From Lingula anatina (taxonomy: Eukaryota; Animalia; Brachiopoda), in NCBI GenBank assembly GCA_051362555.1, contig CM120646.1:15190001-15254000 (forward strand): DNA of 64,000 nt, given 5' to 3'. The translations under genes and the position numbers were made by a program. Positions 23,478 to 34,697 of this stretch are shown one piece after another (the first letter of the stretch is position 1; each line of letters begins with the position of its first letter). Below the pieces are notes generated by a model. It did not search any database, was not told the origin of the DNA, and worked only from the letters and a program-made list of their open reading frames with translations.

Positions 23478-24829
23478 AACGCGTGCACTAGCATCAAGGT
23501 GTGTGTGTGTGTTTGTATGCGTAAATGTGTTAGCCTCATTCGTATGTGATTGTGACATGAAAATTAAATAAACTCGATCAGCACAAAACAGAAAAACAAA
23601 AAATAGCATTTATTTTATATTTAACGAGGTTTTCATACAATAAATGTGACATTTGAGGACATATAGTTGTTGCCGTGTATACTGAAGCTCGTCAGGGCAA
23701 TTAATGAGGGTGTTGCATTGGAAACGAGGTTTCATAATGTGATCAGCAATAAAAATAAAGAAACTTGCCTCATCTTCTGGGCATCTAACTGCGTACATGT
23801 AATAAGACGGATTATCCGGGACAGCTAAATTGATAAAAAATGAGCTAGTGTTTGACATATTAATGAAATAAACATGGCTAAAATGCGTCAATAAAACATC
23901 TGAAAACCCAGAGTTGTCACCTTCTGTCACCAGAGGTTTAGGAAAAACAGAATTCGCAAATATTCATTTAACTTAATTTTCACTGTTTTGTTTTCTACAA
24001 ATGGACCTATACATTGAGGAGTGTTAGTGTAAAACAGAGAATATTGATAATGCACGCTTCCGATCCTATATCTTTTCTACTGCTGATTAAAAGTTTCCTG
24101 TTACTGGCGAAATGAATCATTTTAACTATCAATGGGAATAAGGCATTACTCACCAGGTTTGGGGCGTGGGATGAGGACGTATTGCTGGGCGATCTGTTTG
24201 CCTTCCTTCAAAAGAAACTGGCTGAGTCCAGAGACGAGAGCCGTTTGGGATTTCACAACAGGGCTCTGTCGAGAGTGATAGCCAATCACACCACTTAGGT
24301 GGGCGGTCACGGCTGATGTTGTATCCGCCCACACAATGGAACCGCTATCGCTTTTCGTGAATCCGGGGCCCTCTGATGGTACCACCTGAAACCAATCGGA
24401 GCCGTATGTCTCGCCTGCATTTCCGTAAGAAACTTTATCGGAAGCAGTTCTTATGGCGAGGCGACCTTGTGTTGGCGATTCCTCAGAAAAGGGAACTGTT
24501 TGTATGTCATATTGTCCTAATGTTCTCAAGAACGTTTCTTTAAGCTCGATGAGGATCCAGTTACACGTGCCATCGTCATGCACGTGAAGGCAGTTGCCGA
24601 CTCTGGTTGGATTGCTAGCACTCCCAGTGAGACAGATGTCGCCCTCTTCCCATGTGCTGTCGCTGCTTGTCCCCGTACACGTCAGTCCTACATATACACA
24701 TTTCCCGTCCTTGTCACTAAGAACGAAATAAAGACAAAGTGTCCTGAAGTCCTCCTGTGCAACCTTCTTCCCACTGGCTTTAGGGCCGCTTTGCTCTTTC
24801 CACACTTTACAGGCTAAGGCTGTTTCCAT
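20017..24829 (-). CDS. Multi-domain caspase: degenerate trypsin-like domain + caspase (C14, p20/p10) + P/Q-rich linker + DZIP3-type HEPN domain, ~931 aa
   Basis: Coding exons 24829-24154, 23824-23769, 23402-23232, 22984-22765, 22355-22185, 22029-21920, 21543-21441 and 21305(or 21311)-20017 join in frame with compatible phases. Motifs: YKNNSKPRGRALIISN, RDGTKVD, LLSHG, GKPKMIFIQACQG, PTMSDFLVAQATSPDYVSWR..GTWFVQS, SLRKKVFF. HEPN motifs: FDISLLFILIRNL and RDIRNNIFH. An in-frame TGA lies just upstream of ATG 24829. Confidence 0.88.
20170..20680 (-). other. DZIP3/hRUL138-like HEPN domain (putative RNase) within the caspase gene
   Basis: YHARLAYLVQHEGTRVFRKFF...QQYDQLYP...FDISLLFILIRNL...DIDHIIKIRDIRNNIFH...KFEDTWRDASGAILSLGG matches the PF18738 pattern and has an intact R-x4-H motif. 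Confidence 0.85.
21441..23402 (-). other. Caspase catalytic domain exons (caspase-8/2-like, QACQG)
   Basis: Catalytic His in LLSHG and Cys in QACQG (exon 22765-22984). Intersubunit linker containing DVPD|A. p10 motifs in exons 22185-22355, 21920-22029 and 21441-21543. Confidence 0.95.
23046..23085. repeat. (GA)n microsatellite
   Basis: Direct read. Confidence 0.95.
23436..23474. repeat. (GT)n microsatellite
   Basis: Direct read. Confidence 0.95.
24154..24829 (-). other. Trypsin-like (PA clan, Nal1/fungal-type) pseudo-protease N-terminal domain
   Basis: TLCLYF...YVGLTCTG (cf. TLGxx...LTxxH), NWILIEL (cf. DWALI) and FTKSDSGSIV (cf. FxxxGDSGSxV). The His and Asp positions appear substituted. 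Confidence 0.55.
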
Positions 24830-25029
24830 AATGGGAAGTCAGCGTCTTCTGAAACAAAATGAACATTCCGACTTTTAGGCGCAGTTTCATTCAATTAATT
24901 GAAATGAAAATATTTACCTCGACAACTTTAAATTTGACTTATAAAATATTATTTTATGTAGTTTCGATAAAAACTGGTGTTGATTATCACACAAAACAAT
25001 CAGAATAGTCAGTCCTGTCGACCGTTGCT

Positions 25030-26300
25030 TTTAACTTTTTTACATACATCCCAAAAAAATAAAACAATATAAAAACGTCATGGGTGGGAAAGAAGTTTTA
25101 ATGACGACATGTCATTTATTCAGTTGAATTTGCACCGTAAAGTCACAAGGGCGGATGTCTGCCCCCCCCCTTGTCCCATCCCCTCCCAGCCGAAAAAGTA
25201 TACAGAAGAAAAACACATACACTCATCCCACTTATGTTCATACCCGGCACATTATCATGTTACAATTAATCTCTCCTCATCTATTTGTTTTTCAAACTTC
25301 TAGAGCCACCAGTGAAGTGTTAGTCAAACATTTTATAGCAAACTTGATTTAAAAACTCTTGCATTACACAATTTATTGGCCACGTTTTTACCATGAAAAT
25401 GATTAAAGCATGTCAGTTTTATATCCAAGATGTACAGTGTATAATAACAATAATAACAAAAATTTAGTATAAAAAGAAATTTGCATTAGCAGGGCTGTGG
25501 GCTGCAGGGTGGGGGACAAAATAACGCAACAGGCTTAATATGCAACATCTCTGTGCCTATATACTTCATGTTATTTATTTATGTTGTGTAGCTTTGAATT
25601 AATACAAAAAAGGGTGTTGAATAAGTAAATAAAATATCTGACAGTTTCCCGACAATTTGCCGCCTAGCTTTTATATCCACAAAATAATGTAAAACAAGAA
25701 AAATAATTCATGGTTATGAAATTAATTTTATGAAGACGTCCTTTACCAGTATTCAGCTGGATTGTGTACAGCACAATCATTTGGTTTTGGGAGTCCCCCC
25801 TCCCCTCCCCCTAGATTTGGGAGTCCCCCCTCCCTTAAAAAATGTATAAAGGGGACAGAACCATACAATAATACCGTAGCTGTACCTACATTTGGGCCCT
25901 ACCCAGTTCATAATACAATTAATCTGACCTCTTCTGTTGATTTTTGAAAAATCATGGAGCCACCAGTGATGTAGGCCTACCGTACTAGTTAATCATTCAT
26001 ATCGATAGCTTTCTTAATAACTCCCTTCTTTCATTGCATACTAAACCACGCATTTATGGAATGTTTCTTAAAATTAATGTTTATAGGCATGCTGATTTTT
26101 AACATCAAAGATAGGTCCCTATTGGTCTACCCAGTAGGATACCAGTAGGCCTATAGGGCCTATAGGCCTATCCATAATAAAATAAATAAGCGAAGCAGGG
26201 GCGTAGCCTGTGGGTGTGGTTGGTGGATAGGCCCTAAACAATGCAATTTAACACTCACAATAGCAGGCATATCGCGTTATGGTTAATTTGCCCTAGTCTG
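25030..26300. repeat. Degenerate two-copy ~650-bp tandem repeat in the presumed first intron of the caspase gene
   Basis: TACAATTAATCT...GAGCCACCAGTGA at ~25261-25315 and ~25914-25969, with similar flanking blocks. Confidence 0.6.
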
Positions 26301-26689
26301 CTACATGTAGCTAGGATAAGCCTACAATGTACCTTATTATGTCTTTTCCCCCATCCCACAAGCACAAATAGCCTACAAGTACAACCGCAAGGAAAAATAA
26401 TATATACGCACGGGTCCAGTAAGCAAGCAAGCAAGTATACACACACATAATAAATGAAATTGCTTTATCGTTTAAAACATGCACAAGACATGGGTTATTT
26501 ATGATCCATATGTATACTCTGTGTCAGATGGGATAGTCACCTGATCAGTAGGCGCAATCGACCTTCACAGAGCGACTGACCTATTTGTAGGCCCGAGCCA
26601 CTTTCAAGATCTTTCGAGATAATTTCTAGGATTTAGCCTTGCGTCGATAGTCGATCCACAACACAACAATTCAACGCCTTACACTTGAC

Positions 26690-26945
26690 ATGGAATTACC
26701 TCTCTTTTTAAGACGAATACGTCCATATAAGAGACCAATGGCGCTTTTTCTTTCACACTTCCTAATACCCCTTAGCAAAATTTCCAGTGTTGCTATTTTT
26801 ATACACGCGCATGCGTGTCTGAAGTCTGGGGAATCCCCAGTTTCGCCTACTATGATGAGGCAAATTTTATACAGAGAAATCAGAAAAACCCAATTCCACG
26901 AAAAGTAAAAAGAGGGGGAACACTTAAATATTGACTCTGGAGGTA
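26690..26945. promoter_or_regulatory. Putative bidirectional promoter with a perfect NF-kB/Rel site and an NRF1-like motif
   Basis: CTGGGGAATCCCCAG (26826-26840), AAAATTTCC (~26777) and GCGCATGCGT (26807-26816). Candidate donors on both strands: GAG|GTAATT on minus at ~26699 and GAG|GTATAT on plus at 26942. Lies between divergently oriented genes whose first coding exons both begin after splice acceptors. Confidence 0.6.
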
Positions 26946-29434
26946 TATGATTTTAATCAATTATAACAATGCCAAATCCTGATTGACTGTTATTATATAT
27001 TATTATTTGAACTGAATGCGTCATAGGCCTACTCATTGTTTAAGTTATAGGCCCGGCCCTATTGATTTATATTTCTAGCAAGATAATAATTTAATTAAGC
27101 TCCTAGTCACTGCAATTTATTAATATGAATATTTGATTTTTACCTTTTTTATTAGTAAGCCCCAAGTCTAACCTTATATATTGCTATACCTCATTTGTAT
27201 ACTGTACTGGGTAATCTCCAGAGAGCGTTCATTAAGACCTCGGCTGGGAAGAGATCGAGAGACGCTATGAAGAGTTGTAGTAGTGGTGATTAAATTTATA
27301 AAATTTATATCATATATTCCGCTCTTTTTTATCATCTACACAATATTTCTCGAAACTAATTGTAACTGCTATTGCAACGTAAGTTGGGCATATAGAATGT
27401 GGGCTACTGTTAATGTCTTCCCAACATAAAAAAAAAATCCCCATTTCAACCAATTATACTGAACAACGCATGCTCAAACTGATTTCAACTGAGTGGGTTG
27501 GTTGGAAATACCAGACCCTCGCACCGAACACTTACCCCGCATTAACAGCCAGGATTCCGAGCTTATCGCCATGAAATATTTCAACGCTAGCGTCTGGTCT
27601 CCTCTTTTGATGTGGTGATGGTTGCTGTAGAAGTGGGTGTACAGAAGACCGGTCTTACACATCTGTAGCCAAGTTTAAGTACACGTACATGTAAGTACGA
27701 ATAGGCTTACTGATATAAATATGAGGACACTGCCAAGTGACAGCAGTCGCTAACTCGCACTGTCCTTCTACTGTTATCAGTGCATATAATATGAATGTAA
27801 TTCGATCCAGTAGTGTGTATACTGGGTATGTACATGCGGTAGGGTTAGATTGACTTAATCCAAACACTATACAGAGACCGTATATGTAGGTCGCACGATT
27901 GTCTGGTTGACGCCGGGCCACATCAATATATTTATACAGTAGTGCACATCAGCATGCTTTTTCGTGCCTCTGTTTGTAAATTATTCCCCCAGTTTAAGCG
28001 TTATAGCAGGGTTTAGTTTACATGAGCACATTCCAAACATAAAACTTACAGATACTATATTAGACTAAACAATGTATTGCTTAGTAAGAGGAAGAATTCT
28101 TGACGATAAGAAATAGAAGAGTTTATGATATGTAGAAACCACCAGATTGCCAACAAAAACGTGTGTGTGCGCGCGCGCGTGTACGTGTGTGATACATCCT
28201 TAGTTAGAGATTGAAACGGACGCGTATACACTGGAATGCTACTTGATTTTTATTAAAAGTCATCCGGGGCTTTTGTTGCTATCTTTAGCGACAATGGAAA
28301 AACCGATCAGATTGTTTGTTCCCTTTTCGCTAAAATTATCGCAATGGTGTACTAGTAAGTGTAAATTTCATGATTCTGTTCTTACTGATACCTCCTATGA
28401 TTGATGGAATTCTTTCAACAGGAGAAAACTATTTCATATAGATGTGCTCTTTATACACACGTATTGAGCATGGGCTCCATCTTGATTTGATCAGTTTCTG
28501 TCCGTGTGTGCGGGGGGGGGGGGGGGGGGGGGGGCAGGAGCTTCAGTACACATGTCGAAACTTGACCAAGTGGAAGCAATGCAGTGTTCCCAGTTTGACG
28601 GTACTGTGATAGCAAAAAGTGACACGTAGGCCTACGTCGCCGTGCCACCAAATCAAAACCGCCTTCCCTGCAAAAGGGGTCACCTTCAATCCCATTCAGT
28701 CACTTAAGTAGGCATGCATGCCCTGTTATATAACGTTTTAGTTGTCGTATGACAACAACTTAACATGTGCGCACACGAGACAATGGGCGCTTGTGTGCTT
28801 TGTGCAAGGTTAACATCCACTTTATGTATTAATTTGCAAATTACGTGCCCACCAAAATTGAATAAAATTTAATAAGTAAAAATGCACTGGTCTTAATAAC
28901 GAGTGCAGTTTCACAGAGGGAAGTCCTATGGAAAAAAAACTTTCGGACCTTGAGGTCACCTGCGTCTGCTTTTTCTCCCGGATTGAGCCAAGGAGTGGGG
29001 GCGGGGGTGGTGGGGGGTTTAAGCGTCCACATTCTGCATGAACAAGCGCCGCATAAAACATTGCGTGGATCATCCCTCCAGTTTTCACACGCCGCGTTGG
29101 TACAGTGTATCATTTGTCCCTTCCAGGAAAGTTTAAAAATAACTTGCTGTATTAGTCTATATGGAGTTATTCGGATCAAGGACACATTTGATAGATAGAT
29201 AAACCGCAGTTGTTACGTTTACGTTAATCAATGGCAAACATACCTAGTCCATATCGAGGTCGATCTCGTAAATTATAAAGCGTAACTACTGAGTCATCAG
29301 AGTGGGAGAGAGAGAGGACAGAGAAAGAGAGGCAGAAAGAGTGATGGGGGGGGGGGAGGGGTAGAGAGAGAGAGATTTTGATTATTCGTAATTATAACTG
29401 ACTGCAAGGTGTATGGGCTACCAAGGCATACAAG

Positions 29435-29990
29435 ACTCGATGTCAGCTATTTTGATAAAATTACTTAAATGTTTTGTAGAGGTACTGTCCATGCACAGCT
29501 GATAAATGTGACACCTTCCAAGAACGCAATTTTTTATCAGCTGTTTTGACAGAACTTAGGCAGGTAAATAGTTTGGGACACGTTCGATAAGCTCAACAAG
29601 TGCGTGTGTGAGTGCGAAATATATGTTGATATTACTTCCCATCCCTTTTTTCTGTTGGTTGCTCCGTTCGCTAGTTATAGCAAAAATGCATATATGATAC
29701 AATTTAGACCGCAAGACTTTTTGATGTCTCGGTGGTGTCACATTTCCTAAAGTGTAGGACACTCAAACAATGAACACTGACTCATCACAAAATATGGGGG
29801 TCCTTTTTGATAAAATCAAGTAGGCATAAACGTCCCGATGTCAGCTTTTTAATAAAATAACCTAAATGCTTTGTAGGGACACTATCCATGCACAGCTGAT
29901 AAATGTGTCAACTTCCAATAACACAATTTTTATCAGCTGTTTTGACAGATATCAAATAAAAGTAGTTAACAGTCTGGGACACGATCGTGT
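29435..29990. repeat. Direct repeat pair (~150 bp, ~400 bp spacing)
   Basis: CGATGTCAGCT...TCCATGCACAGCTGATAAATGTG...TTTATCAGCTGTTTTGACAGA at ~29438 and ~29836. Confidence 0.85.
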
Positions 29991-30346
29991 GAGGACAACT
30001 GTTTTTTTTTAGTTTAGTTTAGATTTGCTAGTATGTTTGGTGAAAAGGAAGGTTGAAATCGAAAATCAGCATGGCTTGTTAATTTTCACAAATGTAGCAT
30101 GTTCGGTTTTAGGAACCCTGCTGCCCAATGTTTTAACTAACACGGCACGTTGTGCAAAGGAAAGGGTTATTACATGTTACAATTTTATTTAGAGATTTAT
30201 TTGAATATTCATGTCGCTAATTAGCAAGGTGTGTTCCTTCTTAGACCATATTTTGTTCAATGATATTGTTATCATGTTCGTTATGTTTATGCCGCCCCCC
30301 TCTCTCTCTACTGTTTCTCTGTTATGGGGTGGTACAGGTGTATCAG

Positions 30347-30348
<2 letters not shown>

Positions 30349-30408
<60 letters not shown>

Positions 30409-30583
30409 TTAGTTCTCTTGATTACAAGTCAAAACATAAAAATGCATTTGTATTGATGGTTTACCAGAAATTTATATTTTATTGTGAAAGATGCTAAAAA
30501 TCAATGGTTATAGACAGATCACATACCTTTCGTCGTCCATCCTGCCTACATATTATTAAATGTTTATTATTATTATTATCTAT

Positions 30584-30626
<43 letters not shown>

Positions 30627-30627
30627 T
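30349..30627. repeat. (AT)n and (ATTT)n microsatellites
   Basis: Direct read at 30349-30398 and ~30580-30627. Confidence 0.9.
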
Positions 30628-32124
30628 GATTTCGACGTCTGCATTTGTGTCATCCTTGATATCTTGTTTTCTTCTTTTTGAATAACATTAACTTTAAGTC
30701 TTCTTTTTTGCTGGTGTCTGCTTTTCAAATATTGATACTTGAATGACCTCAAAAAAATTATGACATAGTGCACTGAATGTTTGCGGTTTGTCCGATTCAA
30801 CGTTGATAGCCACCCCTTGCACTCAAAGGAAATGTTTCACAATACAAAAACCGATGAAAAAAGTGATTGTATTCCTGAAATTTTATGCTCTCCACGCAAT
30901 AGGTATGGTATCGTCATTTGAAGAGGTTTCTTTTGTTCTTTCCAAGAAAACGTACGTCCTGTAATTGGCCTTACAGACAACGTGTACCTCAATAAACAGA
31001 ATATGTGAACAGTGTATAAGTTAAGAGTGAAAGTAAATTTCAACTAGAGATATAATGTAAGCGAAGTAAAGTTTAAATTAAGACTTATCTTAAACCTCTT
31101 AGAATTAATTATGACCTTATAAATGTACAGTGTACAACTGAAATGTCATTGTCAACACCAAGGCACCCAGTTGAGCTCATGTACACGCACGATTTTACAC
31201 CTACAACACATACAACCGTGCTATAGATAATGTAGAGGTTTTAAAGAAAGACTTGAAACATTCTTAATTGAAATTTTATATTTTGTCATTTTATCATAAA
31301 AAGACTATTACTGTCATAACCAGCATTAATTATTAGAATTTTTTATTCACCTCAGCTTCAAGTATTTATACATGTATAATAACTGGCAATTCTGATAATT
31401 TTTTTGTAAACAGAAATAAATATAATTATTATTATGCACAAAAACAAAACCCAGTTAATCAATGGTGGCGGTTATATTTCTGACGGGTAGCCTCTGATCC
31501 CATCAAAATTGCCAAATGCATGTTCGTGAAGCCACGCATCAAAATTACCAAGTACGTACGTGTAGCCATTTTCACTTTTAACTAAATATTTTCATCTTCC
31601 GAGAAAACCTGCTTTTAGTCAGTTTATCTGAGCCTGACCTTACAGGAAATTACGCTGCGTAGAGACACTGGGAAGTGTGTATAGAAACTGCGGCGTGGAA
31701 ATAGTGTAATCATCGGTATCAGATTACAAGCCGCAGTATTAAAAGGGGGGGGGGAGCTCAGGTGATTTGCTTCAAACATCTGTAACATTTAAATCTCTCG
31801 TTGCAATTTTATGATATATATTTATATCAATCTTTCTGCGTTAAGTGATATCCATGTATAATTACAAGATATGATAAATGTGAGTATGGTGGATATGTGG
31901 AGGAAAAGCCCCATGCCTCGGGGGCCAAGGTTGCATTGTACGAAGGAATAGAAGGCTGTTCCGTGCAAGGGGGATATCAGACGCATTGCGTTTGATGCGA
32001 TTGAAAGCAGATTACATACGGGAAACTTAATCCTTGATTTCTTTTCACTCTTTTAAATTTGTTAAAATTTGTGAACCCAACTTAATTGACTTTTGCCTTT
32101 TTTGTGATTTTACAGTCAGCGACA

Positions 32125-33036
32125 ATGACAGCACAAATTGACGCTTACTTCCAAAGAAAGGTTCAGCACCGCCCCGCCACAGACGACCTACGGTGTTGGT
32201 GGGACAGGGTAATACAGTGGATTGGACCATTTTTGCTATTAGTGGGCTTCATAGCGATGGTACTCCACGTAAATGTAACAGTCAGGTGCTCAGTGAATGG
32301 CGACATCGACTTAAAAGCCCTCGGTACAAACGCTTCATCTTTGCAGTCCACGACACTACCCAATGCTGATTTTGTAAACGCACAATGCAGTTCCCAACTT
32401 GGATTTCCCACAAAAAGTTTTTCAGGAATTCTGATTGCTCTGGCGTTTATCCTAACTCTAATCGGTAATCTCTGGTTCCGTTTACCGATCACAAAATCTA
32501 AAATGAAAACTTTCAAATCAAGGACAGACGGGTCAATAAAGTCAAGTGGAACTCAAGAAGAAATACAACGTATGATATCAGATCCTGGTTCCACTCCTGT
32601 TCCTGATGCCTACGATGACTTAAAGAAACAACATGAAGAACTATGGCAATATAGACAGTGTCTAGAAAAGAAACGTTTTCTTGGCAGGTTTTACCTGGCC
32701 AAGAGTGTAGTCCAACTGGTGTTTTCCGTTTTGGCGCTAGTGTTCAGTGTGTTTTTTGCGGGTTGGCCATCAATGCACCAGGGGTTGTTTCACTGCACAT
32801 TGGCAAATGTAAGAGCTGCCTACGTTTGTACACGAACCCTTGGGACATGGTTCATTATTCTGAATGTCATTTACGCCATAGCTGCTGCTCTGTACATAGC
32901 TATATTAGTATTTGGTATTGTGTGGTACCTCAAAGAAGGCAGAAAGCCATACGGTCTGGACGAAAACGCAGACAAAATTACTGGCAGACAGAAGTCGACC
33001 AACAAGCCCCAGGAACAGGTAAAAGTGCTAATCTGA
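32125..33036 (+). CDS. LRRC8/pannexin-like 4-TM large-pore channel domain without LRRs (single exon; either stops at 33036 or splices at 33018)
   Basis: LRCWWDRV (cf. LRRC8 LKPWWDVF), DFVNAQC...KSFSGIL...NLWFRLPITKSKMKTF (cf. YVDAVC...KYFPYL...NFWFKFPRTSSKLEHF) and FHCTL...YVCTRTLG (cf. VDCTV...YRCAHPLA). Four hydrophobic segments and extracellular Cys pairs. Acceptor TTTTACAG at 32115. Confidence 0.88.
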   Translation: MTAQIDAYFQRKVQHRPATDDLRCWWDRVIQWIGPFLLLVGFIAMVLHVNVTVRCSVNGDIDLKALGTNASSLQSTTLPNADFVNAQCSSQLGFPTKSFSGILIALAFILTLIGNLWFRLPITKSKMKTFKSRTDGSIKSSGTQEEIQRMISDPGSTPVPDAYDDLKKQHEELWQYRQCLEKKRFLGRFYLAKSVVQLVFSVLALVFSVFFAGWPSMHQGLFHCTLANVRAAYVCTRTLGTWFIILNVIYAIAAALYIAILVFGIVWYLKEGRKPYGLDENADKITGRQKSTNKPQEQVKVLI

Positions 33037-33576
33037 CAATTCCATCATTTATTTATTTATCATACGACACAGTGTTAGAGTATAAAATCCTTGTCTATAG
33101 GGTTCACACAAAGCAGGTTTCATACAGTAGTATTTCTGTAATTTCAACATTATATAAAATTAATATTGTCCTTTGAGATTGTTGTGCGAGCTCATTTTTG
33201 TTTTCTGAATTGGAATCTAGGTTCAGCAAGTGTGTTTGGTTTCTTCCTTGTATATAGTAAGTTGTTTACATATGCAGAAAGTATAAATAATAATAATAAA
33301 TGCACGCCTTAAATTACAGGGAATACCGTTAGGGCTAGAGAAGTTGCCGGACCTTTTTATAACCCGTTTCATTCTTTCTCTCTGGTCATTTGCGTCGTTA
33401 TGGGCAGAAACAATAAGTTGCTATACCATTTCCTTAAATCCATGATAACTATAAACTTTCCTTTTTTTCTACTCTCAAAGCGGTTTTCCATCGTTCATCG
33501 ACCAAAATTATACTGGTGCCAACACAAAACAAAACTTCTAGCAAAAAAAAAAAGAAAAATGAACAAAAAAAATGAA

Positions 33577-33609
<33 letters not shown>

Positions 33610-34651
33610 ATTAGTCAGGTTCCCGGGCCAAAAACTTAATTGGCAACGTTACATGGCCACTTGCGCACATCTTACCCTATCAGGAATCAGGAAATGTTAC
33701 AGCATTTTCATGGAAATCATAGTCAACTAGGCCAGAAAACTTGTCTTGTTTATTTATTTATTCGAAACTGGGATCAGGTTTCTGTTAAATGGCTCTGTGG
33801 CATACGATAAACATACATGGGGATACCCCACTATGCAGAAAATTACTAAATTGTTTTTAACTAATATATTCACGATTTTTCATTGAATGATTATCATATA
33901 ACATTTTTTAAATTACCTATTTATCATGCTTTTATAGGTTGTTATAGATATGGAAGGGGGGCATAATGCCGCATATGAGGTAAGAAACATTTATAGCTCA
34001 TGCATTATTCAGGCGAATGTGAGACTTTTAAGTAAAGTAAGAAGACTATTATTTTTATCTCATATTCCCGAAAAGGCAAATTGGGAACAGAATAGAAATA
34101 AATAGTATACTGGTGCATATTATTAGTTTGGACCAACTAATCTGTTTCAGGATGTTTCAAGGAGAGGGACAAGGGGAATGTACATAACATTGGCCCTTTG
34201 GCTGCAATATGATGTCATGTTTGGGACAAATGTAGCGATTAATATATATTTAATATTATATATTTAATGAACAGTGACAGTGTGAACATCTAGTTTATGT
34301 AAATACTTTCTATACAATGACAGGGAGGTAATGATGACCCAGTGCCACGACGACCGCCAGACGGTGAAGCGGAGGTGAGTTTGACCTACTTCAATAAAAC
34401 CAAACCCTCAGACAGGATTGGTTCAACAGTTTTAGACCCCCTCAAAAGATTGGGATTTGTTGCACAAAAAGTCATTTGGTGTTTGGCTATTTTCTTAGAC
34501 TGCTAAAATTTGATAAGCAGTTACGCAAAGTGACGTTGATTTAAAATTGGTTTAGAAAGGGTGATTGAAGCATGTACAGTAAAGTGATTGTTACAATTTT
34601 ATAACAGTATAAAGGCTATTGATCTGTCTTAGTCCTTTTCTAATATAAGTT

Positions 34652-34697
<46 letters not shown>

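Noticed and set aside
27430-27960. Moderately GC-rich stretch with short minus-strand ORFs
   Set aside because: No recognisable motifs or consistent exon structure.
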